Part shown: positions 9,828-18,117 of the stretch, piece after piece | How positions within the stretch are numbered: position 1 is the stretch's first letter | How the letters are laid out: each line of letters opens with the position of its first letter | DNA from: Minisyncoccota bacterium | Lineage (GTDB): Bacteria > Patescibacteriota > Minisyncoccia > UBA6257 > GWB1-50-10 | DNA: 52,369 nt | Assembly (NCBI GenBank): GCA_041659005.1 | Contig: JBAZZD010000004.1 | Location: forward strand, 1-52,369 | Reading direction: 5' to 3' | Notes under the pieces: model-generated | Told to the model about the DNA's origin: nothing | The model's database searches: none | What the model saw: only the letters and a program-made list of their open reading frames with translations | Position numbers and translations under genes: made by a program

Positions 9828-9856
9828 TTGCATTTTTCTAAATAGTGTGGTATAAT
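9828..9856 (+). promoter_or_regulatory. Near-consensus sigma70 promoter of the accessory locus
   Basis: TTGCAT-N17-TATAAT with TGg immediately upstream of the -10. The first ATG of the tracked ORF (9855) lies inside the -10 box, so it is unlikely to be the start. Confidence 0.65.
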
Positions 9857-9938
9857 GCAGACACCATTAAGAACGATTATTTGGGGTCTTTTGCGGGTGC
9901 AAAGGATGAGGAATAATCACAATAAAAGGAGAAACGCC

Positions 9939-10058
9939 ATGAAAAGCGTGTTCACAAAAGCGATTAACTTAATTTCTGAATTTTTTATAAATTTCAGAAA
10001 AAAAACGATGGAATTAGGAATTTCCGAAGAAGAATTTCAAACTCTTTTAGAGAGCTAG
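9939..10058 (+). CDS. Small hypothetical protein (39 aa), or the N-terminal part of a TAG-interrupted gene
   Basis: ATG preceded by AAAGGAGAAACGCC, a strong SD that is rare in this window. Ends at TAG 10056-10058. The same frame stays open to 10586. Confidence 0.35.
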   Translation: MKSVFTKAINLISEFFINFRKKTMELGISEEEFQTLLES

Positions 10059-10172
10059 GAATTTGTTTCGAAGATTGGGGACGAAGCAAGAAAGTTTTTA
10101 GGGAAATGTAAAGAATTCTTATCCGTCCTGAAGGAATCAATCTCTATTGTAACATCAGCATTCAGCAAGTCG

Positions 10173-10586
10173 TTGTTCACGACTAGTACCTCACTCAAAT
10201 ATTACATTTGGGACGACTTCCAGAAATGGATATTGGATAAGGCATCTGAAATTATTCCCGAATTCAAGAGAACATTAAAAACTTTGAAGCTCACCAAGAA
10301 TATGAATGATTCAGAAATCCTTGCAGAAATCGGAGAATCAAACGTGTTCACGATTGATGAAGTTTGTGCCATATTGAAGGCACTTACTGAACGTCAGCCT
10401 AATGGTGAAGCAGGTGATCTTCTAAACAACGGACATGCGAACATCATCTATGTTCGCCTAGACGAAAAAACTGTTGTTCCTGCGCACGTGGGTTGGCATT
10501 CTGGCGGTCGCCGGTGGGGCTTGGGTGCGGGTTCGCTTGATGGCCATTTGTGGGGTGCTGGCCGCCGTGTGCTTGTCTGGGGCTAA
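10173..10586 (+). CDS. Hypothetical protein with a Gly/Trp/Arg-rich C-terminus (possibly continuous with 9939-10058)
   Basis: 137-aa ORF from TTG. There is no stop codon between TAG 10056 and this TTG. The last ~96 nt are GC-rich and almost free of A. No recognisable domain. Confidence 0.4.
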   Translation: MFTTSTSLKYYIWDDFQKWILDKASEIIPEFKRTLKTLKLTKNMNDSEILAEIGESNVFTIDEVCAILKALTERQPNGEAGDLLNNGHANIIYVRLDEKTVVPAHVGWHSGGRRWGLGAGSLDGHLWGAGRRVLVWG

Positions 10587-10617
10587 TCATTCCTGAACAC
10601 TGAATATTGTTTTATTG

Positions 10618-10650
10618 ACCTTGTTTCCGAATGGAAACAAGGTTTTTATT
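10618..10650 (+). terminator. Rho-independent terminator of the accessory locus
   Basis: Stem accttgtttcc/ggaaacaaggt with loop gaat, followed by TTTTTATTT. Confidence 0.8.
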
Positions 10651-10692
10651 TAATTCACAAACGTCTATTCCAATTCATGCTAAAATGAAAAG

Positions 10693-11388
10693 GTGAATGG
10701 ATTTGTAAAATTTGTATTGTGGGTAATAGTTCTCTCTGTGCTGGGGTATTTTGGGTATCAGGCATATACCAAGTGGTGGGACACCAGTGCGATCAATCAA
10801 AAGAAAGATCAAATTGCTGGAACATTGGGAAGTACCGCAAGTAGCACAAAGGATGTTTTAATAGAAAAAATAGGTGAGGCAAAGGGGAAAGTCAATGAGT
10901 ACACAAGTCAGGTTGTGGGGGAGGCAAAAGAAGGGGCATTAGATTTTATTAAGGGAAAAATTGGAGAGGGAATTACTGCAATAGGAGATAGTATTTCGGG
11001 ATTAGGAAGCAATCTTGCGGGGAATAAAGACCTAGCGCAAACAAATCCAATTTCAGTTTCTAATATTGTGCAAAATTATTATTCCACATCAGGAGGTGTC
11101 CAAGTAAGTGCAAATCAAATTCCTGCGCCAACAAGTTCTTCATACTTTAAGCCACCTTCTTCTACTTCAATCATAGCCGGCATAAACGTTCCGTTGGTCT
11201 TTTCTATAAATTCAAATGTTTCATATCAAGTTGATTGGGGAGATGGAAATAAAGAAGAGGGAATTGAGACCAGCGGAAATATAAAATTATTAAGTCATGC
11301 GTGGAAAGAAAAAGGGGATTACAACGTAAAATTTTCGGTAAAAAATGGATCAACAACAGAATATTCATTTCCGATACGGGCGTACTAA
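10693..11388 (+). CDS. Membrane-anchored protein with a C-terminal PKD-like domain
   Basis: GTG start. N-terminal TM helix. C-terminal [13 protein letters not shown]...[17 protein letters not shown] matches the PKD signature WxxGDG...HxY...GxYxV. Confidence 0.6.
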   Translation: MNGFVKFVLWVIVLSVLGYFGYQAYTKWWDTSAINQKKDQIAGTLGSTASSTKDVLIEKIGEAKGKVNEYTSQVVGEAKEGALDFIKGKIGEGITAIGDSISGLGSNLAGNKDLAQTNPISVSNIVQNYYSTSGGVQVSANQIPAPTSSSYFKPPSSTSIIAGINVPLVFSINSNVSYQVDWGDGNKEEGIETSGNIKLLSHAWKEKGDYNVKFSVKNGSTTEYSFPIRAY

Positions 11389-11453
11389 CTGAAGTGCAAA
11401 ATTCAAAAGTTTATATCAATTCCAAAAAATTAGTAGATTTCAAAACAACACCC

Positions 11454-11730
11454 GTCCCGTTAGAGACAATATGTACTACTATGTTTATATATTACAAAAC
11501 AAAAAGGACAATACATTCTATACTGGGTTAACCGGAGATTTACGGAAACGTTTAAAAGAACACAATGAAAATAAATCAACACGTACGAAAGGAAGGGGGC
11601 TATTTACACTTAGCTATTATGAAACTTGTCTTAATAAAACAGACGCAAGGTCGCGTGAAATCTATCTTAAATCAGGAATGGGTAAGCGATTCATCAAGGA
11701 TCGTCTTAAACGTTTCCTGTCTCTAACGGG
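11454..11730 (+). mobile_element. Long copy of the inverted-repeat element, carrying a GIY-YIG ORF
   Basis: Perfect 13-bp arms CCCGTTAGAGACA (11456-11468) and TGTCTCTAACGGG (11718-11730). The right arm abuts the ATG at 11731. Confidence 0.7.
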
Positions 11731-11734
11731 ATGA
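11471..11734 (+). CDS. GIY-YIG (URI-domain, COG2827-like) small nuclease
   Basis: 87 aa. YYVYILQNKKDNTFYTGLTGDLRKRLKEHN gives the GIY / YxG / R...E pattern. Stop overlaps the next ATG (ATGA). Confidence 0.85.
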   Translation: MYYYVYILQNKKDNTFYTGLTGDLRKRLKEHNENKSTRTKGRGLFTLSYYETCLNKTDARSREIYLKSGMGKRFIKDRLKRFLSLTG

Positions 11735-12516
11735 AAGAGCAGGTATTTATAAAAACAGATAAATCAGGAGCGAGAAAGAAGTACTATTATGGTGCTGGAA
11801 TTATTATTGGAATCGTTGTTGTTGCTGCTGTTGGTATGTATTTTTACTATTGGAGTCCAATGCTAAGAATTGGTGAGTTTTCTATTATTGGCGCCAACTC
11901 AAAAGAGGAGGCAAAAATTGCGATTATTAATTATTTTGATTCTTCGCGGTCATTTTTTTCACCCGCAGCCGATCGGATTGTTTTTTGGATGCAGTATAAT
12001 GAGGAATTTATTCAGTCACCGCCATTTCTTCCTTATGCGTCATCAATCAAACTTACAAGTAATATCGCTGAAAAAAAAGTGACTGCAGAAATAATACCGC
12101 GAGTAATGAGTGGGGTGTGGTGTATCAGCGAGAAATGTTTTGTATTTGATGATAATGGTATTGTATTTGCCGAGGCTCCTGATGTTTCGGGATCGTTAAT
12201 TTTAAAAATTAGAGACGAGAATAACACGCCAGTATCGCTGGGGCGATCGGTATTGAGTGGAGAAGAATTTAGTTCAATAAAAAAAGCGATTCTAAGCATT
12301 CAGAAAAATAAAATTCCAATATCTGAAGTTCTTATTCAAAATATGGAATTAAAAGAATGGGCTACTGTTGCACCAAACGGATTTTCAATAAAGTTTAGCT
12401 TTAATTCAATTCCCGATGATCTTGATTCTGTATTTAAGGGAATCTTTGAGAGGACAAACATTGATAAACTTACTTATATTGATCTTCGTGTTCCCAATAG
12501 AGTTTATTTTAAATAA
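11731..12516 (+). CDS. FtsQ/DivIB-like cell division protein (single TM plus POTRA-like region)
   Basis: N-terminal TM helix, then IGEFSIIGANSKEEAKIAIINYF. The call rests on architecture only. Confidence 0.4.
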   Translation: MKEQVFIKTDKSGARKKYYYGAGIIIGIVVVAAVGMYFYYWSPMLRIGEFSIIGANSKEEAKIAIINYFDSSRSFFSPAADRIVFWMQYNEEFIQSPPFLPYASSIKLTSNIAEKKVTAEIIPRVMSGVWCISEKCFVFDDNGIVFAEAPDVSGSLILKIRDENNTPVSLGRSVLSGEEFSSIKKAILSIQKNKIPISEVLIQNMELKEWATVAPNGFSIKFSFNSIPDDLDSVFKGIFERTNIDKLTYIDLRVPNRVYFK

Positions 12517-12537
12517 TAGGTTATACTGAATAGAAAT

Positions 12538-13353
12538 ATGCAGTGCTTTAATTTTAAAGATAACAAATCTGGATTTACGCTTATTGAGCTTCTTATTTAT
12601 GCGGCAATTTTTTCGGTAAGTGCCGTTTTTTTGGTAAATATTTTAACTTCAATTACTCAAACACAAATTCGTCAAGCATCTGCAAATGAAGTTTCACAAC
12701 AGGTTTCGTTTGTGAGCAATACTATCCAACGCTTAGTTCGTGAAGCAAGCATTATTGAAAATGATTCGGGAGTTGCAAGTTCAACAATTAGAATTCGTAC
12801 GAGTGCGTCGTCTACTGATCCAACTCTCATCTATTGGGATGAGACAGCTAATACTGTGCAACTAAGACAGGGAGCGAATGACCCTGTTCAGCTTACGAAT
12901 GAAAAAGTGATTGTGAGTTCGTTCTCTATGACAAAATATGAAAACCCAGGAGGAAATGCAATTGTTCAAGTTGATCTTTCGCTTTCTGCAAATACAACAG
13001 TAGAAAGGGCAAAAGTAACAAAATTTTGGAGAGGAGCCATTACAAGAATTTCGGCCGCAACGTTTGATTCCGATCTTCTTCCAAATACTTCTAATGTTTT
13101 AAATCTTGGTGGTGCGGGGTCTACATGGAAAGATGGATTTTTTAATGGGGCAGTAAACATAATCGGAAAGCTTGGAGTAAGTACTCAACCTTCTGATATT
13201 TCTGGCATGGCCTCTGGAATAAAAGTGAATGGTGATGTTTCGTTTATGGCATCAGCAAATGGGGTTATTTTAAAATCACCTGGTGGAACATGTTTTCGTG
13301 TCACAGTAACGAATGCTGGTGCGCTATCTACTGCAAGCTCTACGTGCCCATAG
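12538..13353 (+). CDS. Type IV pilin-like protein (prepilin N-terminal cleavage/methylation domain)
   Basis: N-terminus KSGFTLIELLIYAAIFSV is the classic G/FTLIE prepilin signal. C-terminal Cys pair (CFRV...STCP). Confidence 0.8.
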   Translation: MQCFNFKDNKSGFTLIELLIYAAIFSVSAVFLVNILTSITQTQIRQASANEVSQQVSFVSNTIQRLVREASIIENDSGVASSTIRIRTSASSTDPTLIYWDETANTVQLRQGANDPVQLTNEKVIVSSFSMTKYENPGGNAIVQVDLSLSANTTVERAKVTKFWRGAITRISAATFDSDLLPNTSNVLNLGGAGSTWKDGFFNGAVNIIGKLGVSTQPSDISGMASGIKVNGDVSFMASANGVILKSPGGTCFRVTVTNAGALSTASSTCP

Positions 13354-13488
13354 GGGTGACTTCAAAAATCATTCTTTTGAGTAAAATTTTCATACAATAT
13401 AAATTCGTTTATGAATATATACGTGTTAGTATGTTCGTTTTTAATCAAAACCAACGAATCAATTCCCTAAATATTTCTTAGACGAAAA

Positions 13489-13676
13489 AATCCATAGGTA
13501 TAGATGTGTGCTAGAACGTACTTTTATAAATCCACGAATGGGAAGAAATTATAAAGAATGTAATAAAGAAAGCTGTTTGAGGCGCCCTTGGCGCTGAGTT
13601 CTTTCTCTATTACATTCTTTTCTTTCCTGAGTTGGATTTATAGTATGTGAAAGTTTCATCTATACCTATGGATTCT
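13489..13676. repeat. Long (~187 nt) imperfect palindrome with a GC-rich tip
   Basis: Outer arms atccataggtatagatg (13490-13506) and catctatacctatggat(t) (13658-13675). Inner pairs tataaatcca/tggatttata and aagaatgtaataaagaaag/ctttctctattacattctt. Tip is ggcgcc-ctt-ggcgct. Confidence 0.7.
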
Positions 13677-13680
13677 GGAG

Positions 13681-13707
13681 TTAGCACTTGACACTGTCCA
13701 GTGCTAA
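13681..13707 (+). promoter_or_regulatory. CIRCE operator (HrcA binding site)
   Basis: TTAGCACTT-N9-CAGTGCTAA against the consensus TTAGCACTC-N9-GAGTGCTAA. Lies immediately upstream of hrcA. Confidence 0.85.
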
Positions 13708-13715
13708 TTTATAAT
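13688..13715 (+). promoter_or_regulatory. Consensus sigma70 promoter embedded in CIRCE
   Basis: TTGACA (13688-13693) -N16- TATAAT (13710-13715). The -10 overlaps ATG 13714. The second in-frame ATG is at 13723. Confidence 0.6.
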
Positions 13716-14400
13716 GAACTGGATGAGGGAAAGAACCCAGTCAATTTTAGATGCTTCGGTACGGGAATATATCAAAACGGGGAAACCAATTACCTCAGAG
13801 ATTTTATATGAAATCTATGATTTTGGAATTAAACCTGCGATGATTCGTTTAGAGCTTGGTGATTTATCCCATGAGGGTTTTTTATACCAAATTCACCCCT
13901 CTGGAGGACGATATCCAACTGACAAGGCATACAAACACTTTGTTGCAAATGTTATTGAAAAAGAATCTAAGACAGAGCAAAAGTGGATTGATGAAGACAA
14001 GATTGAGGATGACCTTAAGGGATTTATGGACGATCTCTCACATCATCTTGGGGTGCTTTCAATCGGATTTGATGTAGAAAAAAATATCGTCGTCGGTTCT
14101 GGGTTGTGCGAATTACTTGAACGGATTCCAACCGACGCGAAAGAAGGACTGCTTTCTATTGTGAGCGACTTTGAGGCAATTGAAGAGCGATTACAAAAAC
14201 AACGAGAGTGGATGATGAATGATAGTATGTGGCCTCGAGTCTTTATTGGAGAAAGTCCGATTACGAAGAGCAAAGAACTTTCAGTAGTAGCAGGCAAAGT
14301 AATTAATGATGAAAATGAGGTAATTATATTTTCAATTGGACCCAAACGAATGGACTATGAAAGGGCGATAGGAATTATGAAACTAATATCAAATGATTAA
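13714..14400 (+). CDS. hrcA: Heat-inducible transcription repressor HrcA (short form)
   Basis: N-terminal wHTH resembling HrcA (ITSEILYEIYDFGIKPAMIRLELGDLSHEGFLYQIHPSGGRYPTDKAYKHFV). CIRCE upstream and grpE-dnaK downstream. The true start may be ATG 13723. Confidence 0.8.
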   Translation: MNWMRERTQSILDASVREYIKTGKPITSEILYEIYDFGIKPAMIRLELGDLSHEGFLYQIHPSGGRYPTDKAYKHFVANVIEKESKTEQKWIDEDKIEDDLKGFMDDLSHHLGVLSIGFDVEKNIVVGSGLCELLERIPTDAKEGLLSIVSDFEAIEERLQKQREWMMNDSMWPRVFIGESPITKSKELSVVAGKVINDENEVIIFSIGPKRMDYERAIGIMKLISND

Positions 14401-14413
14401 GTAGAATATATGG

Positions 14414-14517
14414 ATCCCGTTAGAAGACGGGATAGTAAAAAATAATTTATTGAATATATATGAAAAAGCAAACATTTAAATTGTCGAGCAAGCAAAATAA
14501 TCAAATTTTCTAACGGG
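14414..14517 (+). repeat. Inverted-repeat element copy 3, between hrcA and grpE
   Basis: Left arm ATCCCGTTAGAA (14414-14425) and right arm TTCTAACGGG (14508-14517), abutting the grpE ATG at 14518. Confidence 0.8.
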
Positions 14518-15018
14518 ATGGAAGAAGAAAAAAAAGAAGAAAATATTGCGGAGGAGTTAGATCTTGAAGGAATCCAAAAAGAGCGGAATGAATATCTTGA
14601 AGGATGGAAACGCGCGCGAGCAGATTTTATAAATTATAAAAATGAAGAGAGTGAGCGAGCAAGGCGATTGGGTGTAATAACAAAAGAAGTAATTATTGTA
14701 GACATTCTTCCGGTTCTTGATAGCTTTAGGCTTGGAATTATGTCATCAAATGATGAGCAGTCAAAAAAAGGAATGGAACTTATCCGAATGCAATTAGAAG
14801 AAGTATTGAAACGGAATGGATTGGAGAAAATAAGCATAAGTCCAGGAGAAATATTTAATCCATTGTATCACGAGGCAATTGGGGAAAAAGAATCTGAATA
14901 TCCCGAAGGAACGATTGTAGAAGAAATTGGAATTGGATATATACTTGATGGGCGAGTAGTGCGACCAACAAAGGTAAAAATATCAAAGGAGTCGAAAACA
15001 ATAAACAATAAACAATAA
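14518..15018 (+). CDS. grpE: Nucleotide exchange factor GrpE
   Basis: 166 aa. YLEGWKRARADFINYKNE coiled-coil motif and C-terminal beta domain. Position between hrcA and dnaK. Confidence 0.9.
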   Translation: MEEEKKEENIAEELDLEGIQKERNEYLEGWKRARADFINYKNEESERARRLGVITKEVIIVDILPVLDSFRLGIMSSNDEQSKKGMELIRMQLEEVLKRNGLEKISISPGEIFNPLYHEAIGEKESEYPEGTIVEEIGIGYILDGRVVRPTKVKISKESKTINNKQ

Positions 15019-15104
15019 ACAACTAATTCAATCACAACTGAATTCATATAACCAAAACAAATTTGCTATAAGTTGTATGTTGTAGGTTGTTGGTTACAAA
15101 TCAT

Positions 15105-17003
15105 ATGTCAAAAATTTTAGGAATAGATCTTGGTACGACAAACTCAGCGATGGCGATTATGGAAGGGGGAGAAGCGAAAGTGCTTGAAAACCATGAAGGA
15201 AATCGTACCACTCCTTCAATTATTGCACTTTCAAAAGCAAATGAGCGTCTTGCAGGGTTGCTCGCAAAGCGACAGGGTGTAGTAAATCCAAAGAACACAA
15301 TTAATTCAGTAAAGCGTCTTATCGGAAGAAAATGGACTGATGCAGAAATCCAACATGACAAACAGTGGCTTTCATATGACATACGTGAGTCATCTCACGG
15401 TGGCGTTGAGGTAAAATTGGGAGATAGGTGGTATACACCAGAAGAAATTTCTGCGATGGTGCTGCAAAAATTAAAAGTAGATGCAGAAGCAAAAATCGGA
15501 GAAAAAATAACTGAGGCAATTATTACTGTTCCCGCGTATTTTGATGATACACAGAGGCAGGCAACAAAGAATGCAGGAGAGATTGCTGGGTTTACCGTTC
15601 GTAGAATTATTAATGAACCAACCGCAGCGGCATTCGCATATGGTGCGAACAAAATGAAAAATGAGAAGATTGCTGTCTACGATTTTGGTGGGGGAACATT
15701 TGATATTTCGGTACTTGAAATTGGATATGACGCAGACACGAAAGAGCAGACCGTTGAGGTAAAGGCAACAGGAGGGGATACCCATCTTGGTGGTGATGAT
15801 TTTGATAAAAAAATTATTGAATATTTAGTTGCTGAATATAAAAAAGCTGAAGGAGCTGACATCTCAAACGATCCGCTTGCAATACAGCGCCTAAAAGAGG
15901 CAGCAGAGCGAGCAAAACATGAACTTTCAACAGCGATGGAAACGGAAATCAATCTTCCCTATATTACCTCAGACGCATCGGGCCCAAAGCATTTTATGAT
16001 GAAATTTACACGTGCAAAATTAGAGGATTTGGTACGTGAATATATTGATCGATCAATTGTATTAGTAAAGGAAGCAGTTACTGCGCCCGCACCAAAAGGT
16101 GCAGGACTAACACTATCTGACATTGGAGAGGTGATATTAGTTGGGGGACAAACGCGAATGCCCGCAATTCAAGACGCGGTTAAAAAATTATTTAACAAAG
16201 AACCACACAAAGGAATAAATCCAGATGAAGTTGTTGCAATTGGGGCAGCGGTTCAGGCAGGAATTCTTCAGGGAGATGTAAAAGATATTCTTTTGCTTGA
16301 TGTGACTCCGCTTACACTTTCGATTGAAACATTGGGAAGTGTTGCAACTCCGATGATTCAGAAAAATACCACTATTCCAACAACAAAATCTCAAGTATTT
16401 TCAACTGCCGCTGACAATCAGACCTCAGTAGAAATTCATATTGGACAAGGTGAGCGTCCGATGATGGCAGATAATAAAACACTTGCACGGTTCATTCTTG
16501 ATGGTATTCCGCCATCTCCTCGAGGCATCCCTCAGGTTGAGGTAATATTTGATATTGATGCGAATGGAATTTTGAATGTGTCAGCAAAAGATAAGGCAAG
16601 TGGAAAAACACAATCAGTTCGCATTGAGGCATCAACAGCACTTTCAAAAGATGAGATAGAGCGCCTGAAGCAAGAGGCAACAGTACACGCAGCAGATGAT
16701 GAAAAAAAACGAGAACTTATTGAAGCAAAAAACCATGCTGAGACCCTTGTATATACTGCAGAAAAATCATTGAAGGATGCCGGGGAAAAAGTTCCACAAG
16801 AACTTAAGGATTCAATCAACACGAAAATTACAAACCTTAATGCGGTAAAAACTGGAGAAGACAAGGAGTCAATTGAATTAAAAACTCAAGAACTATCAAC
16901 AGAACTTCAAAAGATTGGAGAAATCTTGTATAAAGAGAATAAGGCAACAGATACTCCAAACGAGCCAACTAATCATGATCAACCAAGCGCCGGAAATAAT
17001 TAG
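15105..17003 (+). CDS. dnaK: Chaperone DnaK (Hsp70)
   Basis: Hsp70 signatures [19 protein letters not shown] and [11 protein letters not shown]. The ATG at 15105 matches the canonical MSKI(L)GIDLGTT N-terminus. Confidence 0.97.
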   Translation: MSKILGIDLGTTNSAMAIMEGGEAKVLENHEGNRTTPSIIALSKANERLAGLLAKRQGVVNPKNTINSVKRLIGRKWTDAEIQHDKQWLSYDIRESSHGGVEVKLGDRWYTPEEISAMVLQKLKVDAEAKIGEKITEAIITVPAYFDDTQRQATKNAGEIAGFTVRRIINEPTAAAFAYGANKMKNEKIAVYDFGGGTFDISVLEIGYDADTKEQTVEVKATGGDTHLGGDDFDKKIIEYLVAEYKKAEGADISNDPLAIQRLKEAAERAKHELSTAMETEINLPYITSDASGPKHFMMKFTRAKLEDLVREYIDRSIVLVKEAVTAPAPKGAGLTLSDIGEVILVGGQTRMPAIQDAVKKLFNKEPHKGINPDEVVAIGAAVQAGILQGDVKDILLLDVTPLTLSIETLGSVATPMIQKNTTIPTTKSQVFSTAADNQTSVEIHIGQGERPMMADNKTLARFILDGIPPSPRGIPQVEVIFDIDANGILNVSAKDKASGKTQSVRIEASTALSKDEIERLKQEATVHAADDEKKRELIEAKNHAETLVYTAEKSLKDAGEKVPQELKDSINTKITNLNAVKTGEDKESIELKTQELSTELQKIGEILYKENKATDTPNEPTNHDQPSAGNN

Positions 17004-18024
17004 CCAGTCAAAAATAGAAGAAACTGATTATAATGCACTAAAAATAACATTGCTTGGTGTTATTGGTGTGGCTACAAGTATTTTTGCAGTATATGAGTTT
17101 GATCAGTTTCTTCTTACGTTCCAATATGCATTTCTTTGGTTCGCGTTATTTGGAATGGTAGCTTTTCTTGTTATTAATATTTTACTTTCATTTTTTGTAA
17201 AACATTTTCTCATTACATTTGGAATTATCTTTGCAGAGACATTTGTTCCAATTGTATTTTTTACATCGCAATTTTCAAAGCCAAATATTGAGATATTGAT
17301 TATTGGATTTATTTTATTTTTTGTATTTACATTGCTTGGTGTTGGACGAGGAGTAAATAGGTTTCGCAATAGTATAAAAATGAAGTTTTTTGAAATTACT
17401 AAAGTAATTACGCCTAAATTAGTGACGGGAATACTTATTCTTGCAAGTATATTATTTTATGGAGAATATTTTCTTTGGGGTTCTGTGAACGAATCAATGG
17501 CACGAACGGTTTTTGATCAAACGCTACGAAGCACAGAATCAATTGCTCATTTGTGGTATTCTGACATCTCGGGTGACCAGACAGTAAATGCTTTTTTTGA
17601 ATCAATAATCACAACGCAATTAAAAAAAACACCGCAAGTAATAATCGATGGTGTGCCAGTAAATATGCGCGACGGATTAAAAGAGCTTACCCCAGAGATG
17701 CAAAAGAAGATTATGGGTGCTCTTTCTGATGGATTGCGAAAAAAAGCAGAAGAAGCAGTTGGCACGTTAAATCCGAATGCTAAAGTAAGTGACGTGTTGT
17801 TTCAATATATTAAGGATTGGATTGCGACACTTTCGTCAAATATGAAATTGATCTTTGGGATAGGGGTAACTGTGCTTTTGTTCTTTTCAGTAAAGAGTCT
17901 GATGTTTCTCTTGTATTGGTTGATAAATCTTATCGCATTTCTTGTATTCAAACTTCTTATCGTCGCAAATTTTGCCGTTCCAGGATACGAAACTCGCACA
18001 CGAGATTTTGTTCTACTTCCATAA
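16975..18024 (+). CDS. Polytopic membrane protein of unknown function, inserted between dnaK and dnaJ
   Basis: Long ORF with several hydrophobic helices at both ends and a soluble central segment. Start chosen at the first ATG (16975), which overlaps the dnaK 3' end by 29 nt. No recognisable domain. Confidence 0.5.
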   Translation: MINQAPEIISQSKIEETDYNALKITLLGVIGVATSIFAVYEFDQFLLTFQYAFLWFALFGMVAFLVINILLSFFVKHFLITFGIIFAETFVPIVFFTSQFSKPNIEILIIGFILFFVFTLLGVGRGVNRFRNSIKMKFFEITKVITPKLVTGILILASILFYGEYFLWGSVNESMARTVFDQTLRSTESIAHLWYSDISGDQTVNAFFESIITTQLKKTPQVIIDGVPVNMRDGLKELTPEMQKKIMGALSDGLRKKAEEAVGTLNPNAKVSDVLFQYIKDWIATLSSNMKLIFGIGVTVLLFFSVKSLMFLLYWLINLIAFLVFKLLIVANFAVPGYETRTRDFVLLP

Positions 18025-18117
18025 ATTATAGGGTATAGTTGCTAAGGTATAGAAATGAATGAGATGTTTTATTTTGTATTCTAGTTTCTAAACCCTATAC
18101 CCTAAATAACTATCCGT

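Noticed and set aside
10488-10583. Calling the A-depleted segment a DGR variable repeat
   Set aside because: No reverse transcriptase, Avd-like ORF or A-rich template repeat is present in the 52 kb. The composition alone is suggestive but insufficient. It is kept as a finding to be tested, not as an annotated feature.
15001-15020. Tandem AACAATA repeats at the grpE 3' end (aacaataaacaataaacaac) as a microsatellite or phase-variation tract
   Set aside because: There are only about three short units, and they encode the C-terminal NNKQ and the stop codon. There is no evidence of length variability from a single sequence.
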